A DNA stretch of 64,000 nt from a bacterium (lineage in GTDB: Bacteria > Patescibacteriota > Minisyncoccia > Phycocordibacterales > UBA5272). Shown here piece by piece: positions 9,093-18,729 of the stretch. How positions within the stretch are numbered: position 1 is the stretch's first letter; every line of letters starts with the position of its first letter. The notes under the pieces are model-generated. The model was not told where the DNA came from. It saw only the letters and a list, made by a program, of their open reading frames with translations, and made no database searches. Location: contig JAHFNC010000003.1 in NCBI GenBank assembly GCA_023267535.1, forward strand, positions 75,653-139,652, in the 5' to 3' direction. Made by a program: the position numbers and the translations under genes.

Positions 9093-9680
9093 TTATTTGT
9101 TACTCTTTGGTTTTAAAATTTGATCGACAATTCCGTATTTCTTGGCTTCATCAGCACTCATCCAATAATCTCTATCTCCATCTTTTTCAAGTTGAGTTTT
9201 TGTTTTACCAGTTGCTTCAGCTAACATTCCATAAAGCACATCTTTTAGTTTAAGAATATGTTTAGAAGTAATTTCAATATCAGAAGCTTGTCCCTCAACA
9301 CCAGTTAGGGGTTGGTGAATCATGACTTCACTGTGTGGAAGAACAAATCTTTTACCTTTTTTACCTTGTGAAAGAATGATAGCCCCCATAGACGCTGCCA
9401 TACCGACACAAACAGTAGCCACATCTGGCTTAATGTGATGCATGGCATCAACAATAGCTAATCCTGATTGAATTTGTCCGCCAGGGGAGTTTATATAAAG
9501 AGTAATGTCTTTCTTGGAATCTTCTGACTCAAGAAAAAGAAGTTGAGCAATGACAATATTAGCCACATTGTCATCAATAGGACCGGCTAAAAAGATGATT
9601 CTTTCACGAAGAAGTCGTGAATAAATATCATAAGCTCTTTCGCCAAATTGGCTTTTTTCAATAACGGTAGGAATAAGCAT
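9093..9680 (-). CDS. clpP: ATP-dependent Clp protease proteolytic subunit
   Basis: 195 aa. [24 protein letters not shown]...[16 protein letters not shown]...VMIHQP shows the catalytic Ser and His contexts typical of ClpP. Confidence 0.9.
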   Translation of the reverse strand: MLIPTVIEKSQFGERAYDIYSRLLRERIIFLAGPIDDNVANIVIAQLLFLESEDSKKDITLYINSPGGQIQSGLAIVDAMHHIKPDVATVCVGMAASMGAIILSQGKKGKRFVLPHSEVMIHQPLTGVEGQASDIEITSKHILKLKDVLYGMLAEATGKTKTQLEKDGDRDYWMSADEAKKYGIVDQILKPKSNK

Positions 9681-9865
9681 ATATAAAAAGTTATTAGTTA
9701 TTTAGAACGAAAGGTTTAATTTCAAAGAGTTTAAAAACTCAAACTATTCCAGACATTCAGGTTTATAATTCAAAAACAAATAAAATCAGTAGACTCGGCA
9801 ATATTTTCGTCTCTTTAAGCTCGGTAATAACTGCAATATACCATTATTTTTTAAGAATGGCAGTA

Positions 9866-9894
9866 TTGACATTTTGTCATTTTTATGCTATATT
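9866..9894 (+). promoter_or_regulatory. sigma-70-like promoter (TTGACA-17-TATATT) for the 9954 gene
   Basis: TTGACATTTTGTCATTTTTATGCTATATT lies 60 bp upstream of a GGAGG SD and the ATG at 9954. Confidence 0.45.
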
Positions 9895-9953
9895 GTCACT
9901 AGCTGGTTTGAAATTACAAACCAAACACTCTTTTACAAATTTGGAGGTTTAAA

Positions 9954-10592
9954 ATGAACATTTATCACTCTTTCATGAAGTGGTTTCTCGTCTCCTTTGT
10001 TCCGTTTGTAAAAAGGAAATGGGCAGAGTTTCGAGTTTGGTTTCGAAATCTACGAAGAAGGCATTGGATTCTAATTAAACAAGCCTTCAGAGAAATTGCC
10101 GAGGATCTAAAAAAGGGCTGGAGAGATCATGTTTTTCCTTGGGTTAAGAAAAATCCATTCCTTTTTCTTGGAATATTTAGTGCTATCATGGCACTTCTTA
10201 CCTTAGCCATCGGTAAGGGAAGCATATTCTGGATAGGGATGTCGACCGGATTTCTCATCACCCACTTCAGAAAATGGGGGATTCTAGGCAAATGGCTTAT
10301 GAATAAAGCCTTGCCAGTAATATGGTGCGCAACTCGAAGAACCTTAGTTTTTCTGGCAAAGTACGTCGCCAAGCCAATTTTGATGTTTTTCGGAAGAATC
10401 CTTGGCGGGAAATATAGTTTGGGGTTGGCGTTATTGTTTTGGGGAATAATTTTTTTCCCATCAGCCCTTTATTTTCCGAGTCTCATGTGGCTTTCCATGC
10501 TAGGAATGTTCATGGTTTGTGCCTCTCTTTTCATCGGATTCAATCATTTGAAGAAGATGCACTGCAAGAATCCACAAACAAGCTCAAGTTAA
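9954..10592 (+). CDS. hypothetical polytopic membrane protein
   Basis: 212 aa with several hydrophobic helices. Strong SD (TTGGAGGTTTAAAATG). Followed by a clean terminator. Confidence 0.5.
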   Translation: MNIYHSFMKWFLVSFVPFVKRKWAEFRVWFRNLRRRHWILIKQAFREIAEDLKKGWRDHVFPWVKKNPFLFLGIFSAIMALLTLAIGKGSIFWIGMSTGFLITHFRKWGILGKWLMNKALPVIWCATRRTLVFLAKYVAKPILMFFGRILGGKYSLGLALLFWGIIFFPSALYFPSLMWLSMLGMFMVCASLFIGFNHLKKMHCKNPQTSSS

Positions 10593-10607
10593 TGTTACAC
10601 AAACAGG

Positions 10608-10647
10608 CAAAAAGGCGAATCGCAAGCGATTCGCCTTATTTTTTTGT
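10608..10647 (+). terminator. rho-independent terminator
   Basis: AGGCGAATCGCAAGCGATTCGCCTTATTTTTTTGTT. Confidence 0.75.
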
Positions 10648-10927
10648 TAAAAGACAAAAAAACGCCCTGCTTTGTGCTTACGATCGGTGATCATAGACAC
10701 AATGCAAGGCGTTTCTCAAAAATTTTTACATAAGTTTTAAGCTATAGGTTTCACAACCTAAAGAAAATTATGTTAAGAGTTGATAAAGAGCTTATTATTT
10801 AGAGAGTGCGGTCCTTATATTTAAGGTTTACGAACCGCTTATTTGAAAGAACACTTCTTGATAGAAACTTCGTGCGAAACTAATTGTCCCGTTAAGCACG
10901 GGTGAGCGTTTTCTGCCTCCGTTCCTA

Positions 10928-11040
10928 TCCTGTCTCTTATTGTATTTTATATGTCGTTTATATGCAAACATTTCCCTGTGGATAACTGTCTCTTATTTTT
11001 ATAAGACAAAACGTTTATATAATTATTGGCTTTTTGTTAT
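10928..11040 (+). promoter_or_regulatory. two tandem ~56-bp direct repeats (CTGTCTCTTATT..CGTTTATAT) containing a consensus DnaA box TGTGGATAA (10977-10985), upstream of rsmE
   Basis: CTGTCTCTTAT occurs at 10930-10940 and 10986-10996. CGTTTATAT follows each copy. A perfect 9-mer DnaA box lies between them. Confidence 0.4.
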
Positions 11041-11078
11041 CTTGCAATGTCTCTTTAATGTTTATAGAGTAAGAATTA

Positions 11079-11780
11079 ATGCGATTACATCGCTTTTATA
11101 TAGAACAATCCCTTGGTGAAGATATTGTCACAGATAATAAAAAATTATTGCATCAGTGGTTCTCGGTCTTTCGTTATAAGAATAACAATGAAGTAATTTT
11201 GTTTTCCGGCGACGGGTATGATTACACATATAGAATAGCTAACTCTGATAAAAAAGAGGCGAATCTTTCTTTTGTTTCTAGAAGAAGCAATATCTTACCT
11301 AGTAAAAATATAAAACTTTATATATCTATAATTAAAAATAGTAATTTTGAAGATATTGTAAAATCTTGTACAGAAATTGGAATAAATCTAATAATACCTA
11401 TTGTTACGGAAAGATCAGAAAAGAAAAATATAAACAAAGAAAGATTAGAAACCATAACAACAGAGGCTAGTGAGCAGTGCGGGCGAGGGAATTTACCTAT
11501 AATTAATGAAGTTATCTCATTTAAAGAAGCTATTAATTTGTTAAAGAAGGAGGATATAAATATTGCGGGCAGTTTAAATGGTGAAAATTTTTCTAGCGAA
11601 AGTAAAAAATGGCTAAATGATAAAGAAATATCATTATTTGTTGGACCAGAGGGAGGGTGGACTCCTTCTGAAGAAGAAAGTTTAAAAGAAAAAGAAGTAA
11701 CGTTTGTAAAATTAACAGAAACCACATTGCGCGCAGAAACAGCAGCTCCACTTTTATGTGGACTTATAATGATTGTTTAA
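11079..11780 (+). CDS. rsmE: 16S rRNA (uracil1498-N3)-methyltransferase RsmE
   Basis: 233 aa. MRLHRFYIEQ N-terminus (PUA-like) and C-terminal SPOUT motif FVGPEGGWTPSEEE...TLRAETAA. Confidence 0.8.
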   Translation: MRLHRFYIEQSLGEDIVTDNKKLLHQWFSVFRYKNNNEVILFSGDGYDYTYRIANSDKKEANLSFVSRRSNILPSKNIKLYISIIKNSNFEDIVKSCTEIGINLIIPIVTERSEKKNINKERLETITTEASEQCGRGNLPIINEVISFKEAINLLKKEDINIAGSLNGENFSSESKKWLNDKEISLFVGPEGGWTPSEEESLKEKEVTFVKLTETTLRAETAAPLLCGLIMIV

Positions 11781-11830
11781 ATTTGATATAATGTTAGCGT
11801 CCTTATAAGTTAATTAACTTAAAAAAATAT

Positions 11831-12211
11831 ATGAAATATCTTGGAGTAATATCACGCGTACTAATAGCTTTACTGTTTGTGGTCGCGGGAATACTAAAAT
11901 TAATGGATTTTAGCGGAACAGTCGGCTATCTTTCGTCGCTTGGTGTACCCCAAGCAGAAATTATGACTGTCGTTGTAATTTTGATTGAGATTGTGGTGGC
12001 TGGGCTTTTTGCAATTGGATACAAGAAATGTGCAACTGGTGGAATTATAATTCTTTTTATAATAGTAGCCACATTGCTAACCAACAGAGATTGGTCTAAC
12101 GCAGTAAACATGATTCAATCATTAAAGAACATTGCTATCATTGGTGGTGTCTTAGCAGTTATAAGTAATTGTGATTGTGGAAAGTGTCCGATGAGCACAA
12201 AATCGGCTTAA
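11831..12211 (+). CDS. DoxX family membrane protein
   Basis: 126 aa with four hydrophobic segments. The LIALLFVVAGILKL N-terminus is typical of DoxX. Confidence 0.6.
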   Translation: MKYLGVISRVLIALLFVVAGILKLMDFSGTVGYLSSLGVPQAEIMTVVVILIEIVVAGLFAIGYKKCATGGIIILFIIVATLLTNRDWSNAVNMIQSLKNIAIIGGVLAVISNCDCGKCPMSTKSA

Positions 12212-12235
12212 GTGAAATAATATAAGTTACTAAAC

Positions 12236-12273
12236 AAATAAGCGCGACCGAAGGTCGCGCTTATTTGTTTTTA
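12236..12273. terminator. rho-independent terminator
   Basis: AAATAAGCGCGACCGAAGGTCGCGCTTATTTGTTTTT. Confidence 0.75.
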
Positions 12274-12450
12274 TATTTATGTCCGTATCCAGAAGGTAGA
12301 AATTATTTTGGGTAACGAATTAAATTTTCTTAGTAGTGAAGAAAATAAAGAATTTGCTTTAGATGCGAGGCGAAAGGAATTTTTATGAGGAGATGTACAA
12401 ATCGTACATTGACGAATAAAAATTCCTTTCAACAAAGCAGATGAAGTAAA

Positions 12451-13497
12451 TTAGTTGTTTTCTTCCAAAAAGGTAAGAACTTTTTCGTTAGATAGAGCTT
12501 GGTATAGATATGCCTTGGCTCTCTCTTCGTCAACGTCTTGCATTGTTGCAAGTAAACGAACTAGTTCTGTTTCTACTTCTACGTCAGTCGGTTTTATTTT
12601 TTCAAGAAGAGAAATCTCTGCTAGCACTAACTGACTCATAGTTCTCTTCACCGCATCCTTTCTCCAATCTTCTTTAATATTTTCTTCGGTCTTATTTGAG
12701 TGCTTCAAATATTCTTCCCATGTTCCACCAAATCTAGTGATATCATGTTTCATTTGTGCGAACATTCTTTCCAATTCTTGCTCTACCATTTCATCTGGCA
12801 AATCAGTTTTTGTTTCTCCGATGATTCCTTCAAGAATTGCAGTGCGGCTTTTCTCGTGATGCTTTTGTTCTTTTTCTAATTTCAAATTTTCACGAACTTT
12901 ATTTTTCAAATCATCAACTGATTTAAAATTTTCTCCGAATGATTGTGCGAACTCGTCATTTAATTCTGGAATAGTTGATTCATCAATTTTATGTTCATGC
13001 TCCACATCAGTGTGTTCGTGCTCTTGATACTTAGCACGACCCTTACGAAGTTCTTCAATAACGTCTTCTATTTCTTTATCGGTAACTTCTTCGATAACTC
13101 CTGCTTCTTTTATTTTTTCTTGAGCTAACTTTTTGTAATTAGGAAGTTTTACCTCTGGCATAACAGAAACGATAATTGTAAATTCTAATGGATTACCTTT
13201 TGCGATTTTTGTAATATTTATTTTTGGATCAGCAACTGGAATAATTTTATTATCATCAATTGCTTTTATGTAAGCATCGCGAATACACATATTGGCCATC
13301 TCTTCTAAAATCGCCATCTCTCCGTATTTGCCAACAATAATATTTTCAGGAACATTTCCTTTTCTAAAACCATCAGCCTCAACCAACTCTTGAACTTTTT
13401 TAAGACCTCTGTCGTGATAAGCAGAAAAATCTTTTTCTGGAACGACAACTGTTATTTCTACTTTTGATTTTTCTAATTTCTTAATTTCTATTTTCAT
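12451..13497 (-). CDS. tig: trigger factor (short form, apparently lacking the central PPIase domain)
   Basis: N-terminal ribosome-binding domain with the GFRKGNVP signature, joined directly to a trigger-factor-like C-terminal arm. 348 aa instead of ~430. Confidence 0.7.
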   Translation of the reverse strand: MKIEIKKLEKSKVEITVVVPEKDFSAYHDRGLKKVQELVEADGFRKGNVPENIIVGKYGEMAILEEMANMCIRDAYIKAIDDNKIIPVADPKINITKIAKGNPLEFTIIVSVMPEVKLPNYKKLAQEKIKEAGVIEEVTDKEIEDVIEELRKGRAKYQEHEHTDVEHEHKIDESTIPELNDEFAQSFGENFKSVDDLKNKVRENLKLEKEQKHHEKSRTAILEGIIGETKTDLPDEMVEQELERMFAQMKHDITRFGGTWEEYLKHSNKTEENIKEDWRKDAVKRTMSQLVLAEISLLEKIKPTDVEVETELVRLLATMQDVDEERAKAYLYQALSNEKVLTFLEENN

Positions 13498-13521
13498 AAT
13501 TTATATTCGTATCATCAATAA

Positions 13522-14832
13522 TTATTTTGATTCTTCTGATGAAACAGGGGATGCTTCTTCTGACTTAACTTCGTTTTCTATTTCAGCATTCTTTATAGAA
13601 TCATTTTCAACAATATTCATCGCCTCAATTATTTCCCCCACTTCTTCGTCTATGGTTTCATCGTTTAGGACTCCAGCATCAGTTAGTTTGCCGTCTTCGC
13701 TAGCTTCAGCAATCATTTCACCACCGGAAATAATATCTATTTTCCAAGAAGTTAATTTTGCAGCCAAGCGAACATTTTGTCCTCCTTTACCAATGGCTAG
13801 AGATTGTTCCTCTGGAGCAACGGTAACTATTGCTTTCTTTTCTGCTTCGTTAATCTCAATTGAAATAACTTTTGCAGGAGAAAGAGCGGTAGCAATAAAT
13901 TTCTTTATATCTTCACTCCATTCAATAACATCAATTTTCTCACCAGATAATTCTTGTGTAATGGCAGAGACTCTGACACCACGTTGTCCAACACAAGCTC
14001 CGATAGGATCAATTTTTTCATCGTTTGATTTCACAGCAATTTTTGATCGGCTTCCTGGTTCACGAGCAACAGCAACAATCTCAACAATACCTTGTGCGAT
14101 TTCCGAGCTTTCATTTTTAAATAATTCAATTAAGAATTTTGGATGAGTACGAGATAGACGAATAGAAAGTCCACGAATTCCTTCTTCAATAGAAAATAGA
14201 TAAGTACGAATTCTCTCGCTAGGACGAAGTCTCTCTGATTGAATTTGTTCCTCAAATGGAAGTATGGCAGTTGTTCTACCTAAATCAATAAAGACTGTTC
14301 CTCTTTCAATTCTCTGAACAATACCAGAAACAATAGTTCCTTCTCGTGATGCAAACTCACTAACAATTGACTCTCTTTCAGCTTCACGAATTTTTTGAAC
14401 AATAACTTGCTTAGCAGTTTGGGCAGCGATACGACCGAAGTCATCTTGATTATCTAATGGGAAAATTATTTCCTCACCAAGAATAGAATTTTTCTTTAAG
14501 AGCTTAGCATCATTTAATAGAATGTGTCTCTCTTCATTAAATCTTGGAAGAAGATCTTCCTCGTTTGCATTTGTTGGAGTGAATGTTTCTTCTTCTCCTT
14601 CTACTGGCATTCTAACTGTTGTTTCATCAACAACAATTTTAACTTGTTCAAAATTTGTTTCGCCGGTGTCAAAATTAATTTGGCATCTAACTATCTGGCC
14701 ACGCTTACCGTATTCTTTTTGATAAGCAGCTGCGAGCGACTTCTCGACAGCGTCAACAATTTTTTCATAAGAAATTTTTTTCTCTTGCCCTAATTGTTCA
14801 AGAGCAATTTTCAAAGCTTTAATGTCTAACAT
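13522..14832 (-). CDS. nusA: transcription termination/antitermination factor NusA
   Basis: N-terminal domain, S1 domain and two KH domains (GACVGQRGVRVSAITQELSGEKIDVIEW) with an acidic C-terminal tail. Confidence 0.9.
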   Translation of the reverse strand: MLDIKALKIALEQLGQEKKISYEKIVDAVEKSLAAAYQKEYGKRGQIVRCQINFDTGETNFEQVKIVVDETTVRMPVEGEEETFTPTNANEEDLLPRFNEERHILLNDAKLLKKNSILGEEIIFPLDNQDDFGRIAAQTAKQVIVQKIREAERESIVSEFASREGTIVSGIVQRIERGTVFIDLGRTTAILPFEEQIQSERLRPSERIRTYLFSIEEGIRGLSIRLSRTHPKFLIELFKNESSEIAQGIVEIVAVAREPGSRSKIAVKSNDEKIDPIGACVGQRGVRVSAITQELSGEKIDVIEWSEDIKKFIATALSPAKVISIEINEAEKKAIVTVAPEEQSLAIGKGGQNVRLAAKLTSWKIDIISGGEMIAEASEDGKLTDAGVLNDETIDEEVGEIIEAMNIVENDSIKNAEIENEVKSEEASPVSSEESK

Positions 14833-15023
14833 ATATTTAATTTTATTTAATTTTTTTAATGAAATGCCTTCGCATTTCTCACAACATCATTCGGATTAAA
14901 TAAAAGATTACTTTTCTTTATCCTCCTTCGTTGTAATAAAAATGGCCGGCCATAGGCCGACTCACATCATCACTCATCCAAGTGATACAAATATCATATC
15001 ACATATTTTGGAAAAGGCAAATT

Positions 15024-15701
15024 TTAATTTACTATTTGTCCGTCAGATAATTTAATTATTCTGTCTGCCATTTTTCCATATTCTTCCTCGTGAGTAACCA
15101 TCACTATGGTTAGCCCATCCTCTTTATTTAATTTTTTAAAAATATCCATAATGTGTCTTGAAGAAAATGAATCGAGATTTGCTGTTGGCTCATCGGCAAA
15201 TAAAATTTTTGGTTTATGAGTAATGGCGCGCGCAATAGAAACTCTTTGTTGCTCTCCTCCACTTAGGGCTGAAGGTAAATTATTTCTTTTGTCTTCCATG
15301 TTAACACTTCTTAAAGAGTTCATTGCTTTTTCTTCGGCAACTGAAACAGAGTCTCCTTGCATAAGAAGAGGAACCATAATATTTTCGCAAGCAGAAAGTT
15401 CTGGAAGTAAAGAATAATCTTGGAAAACATACCCAAGATTTATTAAACGAAAATGAGTCTTCTCATCGTTTGTCATATGGTCGATTATTCTTCCACAAAC
15501 TTTAATAGATCCTGAGGTTGGAATATCCAGCAATGACATCTGATAAAGAAAAGTTGATTTACCAGCACCGGACCTTCCCATTATGGCCACGAACTCTCCC
15601 TCATCTACATCAAAATCAAAGCCCTTCAAAACACTTGTTTCAACTGGGCCATCAAAAAATGTTTTCACTATGTCTTTTACTTCAATTATTTTTTCTTTCA
15701 T
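15024..15701 (-). CDS. ABC transporter ATP-binding protein (MacB/LolD-like)
   Basis: Walker A GRSGAGKST, signature LSGGEQQRVSIARA, Walker B ILFADEPT. Confidence 0.9.
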   Translation of the reverse strand: MKEKIIEVKDIVKTFFDGPVETSVLKGFDFDVDEGEFVAIMGRSGAGKSTFLYQMSLLDIPTSGSIKVCGRIIDHMTNDEKTHFRLINLGYVFQDYSLLPELSACENIMVPLLMQGDSVSVAEEKAMNSLRSVNMEDKRNNLPSALSGGEQQRVSIARAITHKPKILFADEPTANLDSFSSRHIMDIFKKLNKEDGLTIVMVTHEEEYGKMADRIIKLSDGQIVN

Positions 15702-15705
15702 AAAT

Positions 15706-17031
15706 TTATTTATTTCTTCCTAGAATTGCATCTAAGGTATTCTTCTTTACGATTAATCTGGCTGGCAAGAATCCAGCAATAATGGAGACGAACAACACCA
15801 AAAAGAATTTGATTGCCACAGAGACCGGATCAGCCACCAAAACAATTGCCGCAAAAGGTGTATCTATTGGATGAGCATCAAGATACGGCTTTAATATTGC
15901 AAAAATTAATACCAGAGAAAAAAAAGATCCCAATAAAACATAAAATACTGCCTGACATATATAACTAAACTCTATAGCAAAAGGGGATACGCCAATAGCT
16001 TTCATAATTCCAATTTGCTTTCTTCTGGTTAATGCATTGATGTAGATAATTATAAAAATAGTAATGAGAGCAACCACAACTGAAACGCTTCCAAGTATGG
16101 TTCCAATAATACTAAAGAATAATTTTATATTAACAAGAAATGAAGGAGCTCCTTCTTCGGCAGTATTTATCATGGCGTAATTTGAAAAACCATTTTCAAT
16201 AAGTGGGGTCTTAACATAATAAGGGTCTACTCCTGGATTCATAACTATAGAGATTTCTGACATATCTAAATCACTTTTACCGAGCATTTTACGAAGTTCG
16301 CTATCTAGTATGTAGGCGCGATTTGAAACGAAGTCCACTTTTGATTTAATAATTCCACGAACAATAAAATCTTCAGTAATTGAACTATTCCCTCCGTTGT
16401 CAGTTTTTACAAGGGGATTATTTGCCAAATCTGAAAGAGCTCCTCCTTGAGCGGTCACTGTCACTCTTATGATTGATCCTGGATGAACGTCATGCAAGAG
16501 TGGAATCAAATCAGCCACCACGCTGTATTCCTTCAAAAAATTAGAACCAATAACAATACCGCGTGAATCATTCTCTGTTAGCCAGCTTCCTTCTGCAATA
16601 TAATTTGAAAGATGGGTTGTTGCTTCTTCTTTATTTGGATCAATACCAGCTATTTGATTGGAGACCGTATTAGCATCTTCTTCTTTTCTCTTTTCCCACC
16701 AATTAGCTTCGAACTTAGCGCCGGATATTAGACGAGGGGAGAAAGTTTTTATTTGAGGGAAAGAAGAAAGGGCAGACAAGATGTCTTGAGAGTGTTCAAT
16801 GTAAGGTTTCTCAGTTCTGTTGCTTATAAAAAGATCTCCTGTCCATTGCTCTTTAAATCCTCTTGATGACCCTTCGACAATACCGACGAGAAAACCGGAA
16901 GTTGCCACTAAATTAAAGAAAGTGAGGCCCATTATAAAAACAATAAGGAATGTAGCCCATCTACTGGAACGAAGAACTTGTCTGTAAGCTAGAAAAAAAC
17001 CAAGATGTAATGTGTTTAAAAAACGCTTCAT
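15706..17031 (-). CDS. ABC transporter permease, FtsX/MacB-like
   Basis: 441 aa with N-terminal TM, large extracytoplasmic domain and C-terminal FtsX-like 3-TM bundle (MKAIGVSPFAIEFSY). Its start coincides with the stop of the upstream MFP gene (17031/17032). Confidence 0.8.
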   Translation of the reverse strand: MKRFLNTLHLGFFLAYRQVLRSSRWATFLIVFIMGLTFFNLVATSGFLVGIVEGSSRGFKEQWTGDLFISNRTEKPYIEHSQDILSALSSFPQIKTFSPRLISGAKFEANWWEKRKEEDANTVSNQIAGIDPNKEEATTHLSNYIAEGSWLTENDSRGIVIGSNFLKEYSVVADLIPLLHDVHPGSIIRVTVTAQGGALSDLANNPLVKTDNGGNSSITEDFIVRGIIKSKVDFVSNRAYILDSELRKMLGKSDLDMSEISIVMNPGVDPYYVKTPLIENGFSNYAMINTAEEGAPSFLVNIKLFFSIIGTILGSVSVVVALITIFIIIYINALTRRKQIGIMKAIGVSPFAIEFSYICQAVFYVLLGSFFSLVLIFAILKPYLDAHPIDTPFAAIVLVADPVSVAIKFFLVLFVSIIAGFLPARLIVKKNTLDAILGRNK

Positions 17032-18651
17032 TTATTTGGTTTGCTTTTGGGCTGATCTATCGCCTGGCTGAATGGCTACTACTTCATCATTTTCTGTAAG
17101 CCCCCCAGTTATTTCAACTAATCCCGTTTCTCCGATAATTCCAATGGATACTTCTTTGGTTTCATCTCCTTTGCTTGTCTTAAGAGTGACTGTTCCTCCA
17201 TTTTCTTTATCTATTTTTATAAACCTTATCGGAAGACTGAGAGCGTTCTCTTTTTTTTCAGTAATTATTGTTACGTTAGAAGTCATTCCAACTCTTATTC
17301 TGGTGTCATTACTATCAAAACTAATAGTAACTTTATACATTGGCACATTACCTTCAAGTGTAGCTGTTGGGTCTATTCTAGAAATGGTTCCTTCGAATAT
17401 TACGTTCGCTCCATAAGTGTCTAGTGTTACATTAACTGGGTCGCCAACTGTAACTTTGGCAATATCAATTTCTGGAACCTTGGCTTCAACTTCAAAATTA
17501 TTTGAGGATATTAATTTTATAACAGTGTTATTAGCAATAGCTGTTTCTCCTTCAACTACATCTACCTCGGTGACTGTTCCGTCAAATGGGGCATAGATTA
17601 TTGTCTTGTCTAAATCTGATTGAGCAAAAGAAAGTTTAGCTTCTGCTTCGGAAACAGAAGCTTCTTGTGCCAAAATTTTATTTTGATCAGTTCCTGCTTT
17701 TATTAAATCTAAATCTTTTTGAGCACTTAAGAAAGTATTTTTTGCAGAAACGAGAGTAGTTCTTTTTGAAGTTATATCTGAAAACAAAGAAATAATAGCA
17801 GGTCTAGTTAAAGCAAGGTTAGTGCGATAGGAATCAAGAGAAGTATTTTGAGCGCTACAAGATGACAATAATAATGAAGAAATACTTGAGATTAAATCGT
17901 TTACTCTTCCCGTTAATAGATATCCTTTATTAAAAGTAGAATCTATATCTTCTTTGCTTGAGATAACAGAAATCAAAGATGCGCTTTTTTCGAAATCAAG
18001 CAAAGAACTATCAATAGAGGTTCTGTTTGATTCAACCGCTGATTGAGCTTTTTGGTCACAAGAAGAAAAAGATAAATAATATGATCCTCCAGAATAACTG
18101 AAAAAATTAGCTAACTTACCTTTGACAATATCCGCAGTTGTTTGATCGACATTATGAATGGAGTCCGGCAAAGAAGAATAAATAGCGTCTAAATTAGACT
18201 GTGCATTATTAAGTGTCTGTTCTTTAATAGCAATTTCTTCGGGTCGCGCTCCTTGTTTTAGCTGATTTAAATTAGCTTCTACATTTAGTAGAGAAGCTCT
18301 AGCTTGTAAAAAGTTTGCATTTTCATCTCCAGATGAAATACGAGCAATAATAGCTCCTCTTCTAACAACTTCTCCAACACGAACTCCAAGATATGTTATT
18401 GGGCCAGACTTTTGAAAGGCCATAGAGGCTTCACTTGAGGCTTTAACTTTTCCACTTATCTTAACAGTTTGGATTATTTCTCCTTTTGTTGGTTTTATTG
18501 TCTCTTCGGCACTACTGTTGCCTGATTTGAAAAAAAAGAAGAAAAATACGAATAAGACAAGTAATCCAATACTAAAAACTCCTGGTCTCTTTTTAAAATT
18601 AGTTATAAAGTGGTGGTAATATCTCATCAAAAATGTTTTCTCTCTTTCCAT
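17032..18651 (-). CDS. efflux transporter periplasmic adaptor (HlyD/MacA-family membrane fusion protein)
   Basis: N-terminal TM, lipoyl/beta-barrel motifs (VRVGEVVRRGAIIARI) and a long coiled-coil hairpin. First gene of a three-gene efflux operon. Confidence 0.75.
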   Translation of the reverse strand: MEREKTFLMRYYHHFITNFKKRPGVFSIGLLVLFVFFFFFFKSGNSSAEETIKPTKGEIIQTVKISGKVKASSEASMAFQKSGPITYLGVRVGEVVRRGAIIARISSGDENANFLQARASLLNVEANLNQLKQGARPEEIAIKEQTLNNAQSNLDAIYSSLPDSIHNVDQTTADIVKGKLANFFSYSGGSYYLSFSSCDQKAQSAVESNRTSIDSSLLDFEKSASLISVISSKEDIDSTFNKGYLLTGRVNDLISSISSLLLSSCSAQNTSLDSYRTNLALTRPAIISLFSDITSKRTTLVSAKNTFLSAQKDLDLIKAGTDQNKILAQEASVSEAEAKLSFAQSDLDKTIIYAPFDGTVTEVDVVEGETAIANNTVIKLISSNNFEVEAKVPEIDIAKVTVGDPVNVTLDTYGANVIFEGTISRIDPTATLEGNVPMYKVTISFDSNDTRIRVGMTSNVTIITEKKENALSLPIRFIKIDKENGGTVTLKTSKGDETKEVSIGIIGETGLVEITGGLTENDEVVAIQPGDRSAQKQTK

Positions 18652-18729
18652 ATTGTCTTAATAATATCATAAGTAGCTATTAAATCTGATTTGACTTTTT
18701 CATCTTTGACTCGTGATATAATTTAAATT

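Noticed and set aside
10930-10996. IS4/Tn5-type transposon end (CTGTCTCTTAT)
   Set aside because: The two copies are in direct rather than inverted orientation, 56 bp apart, with no transposase ORF nearby. Kept only as a regulatory-repeat finding.
12374-12429. Nested palindrome AAAGGAATTTTTAT...ATAAAAATTCCTTT downstream of tig, considered as a regulatory operator
   Set aside because: Position immediately 3' of the tig stop on the transcribed strand fits a simple terminator hairpin. No second copy seen.
13652-14146. 164-aa plus-strand ORF
   Set aside because: Antisense to nusA. No independent support.
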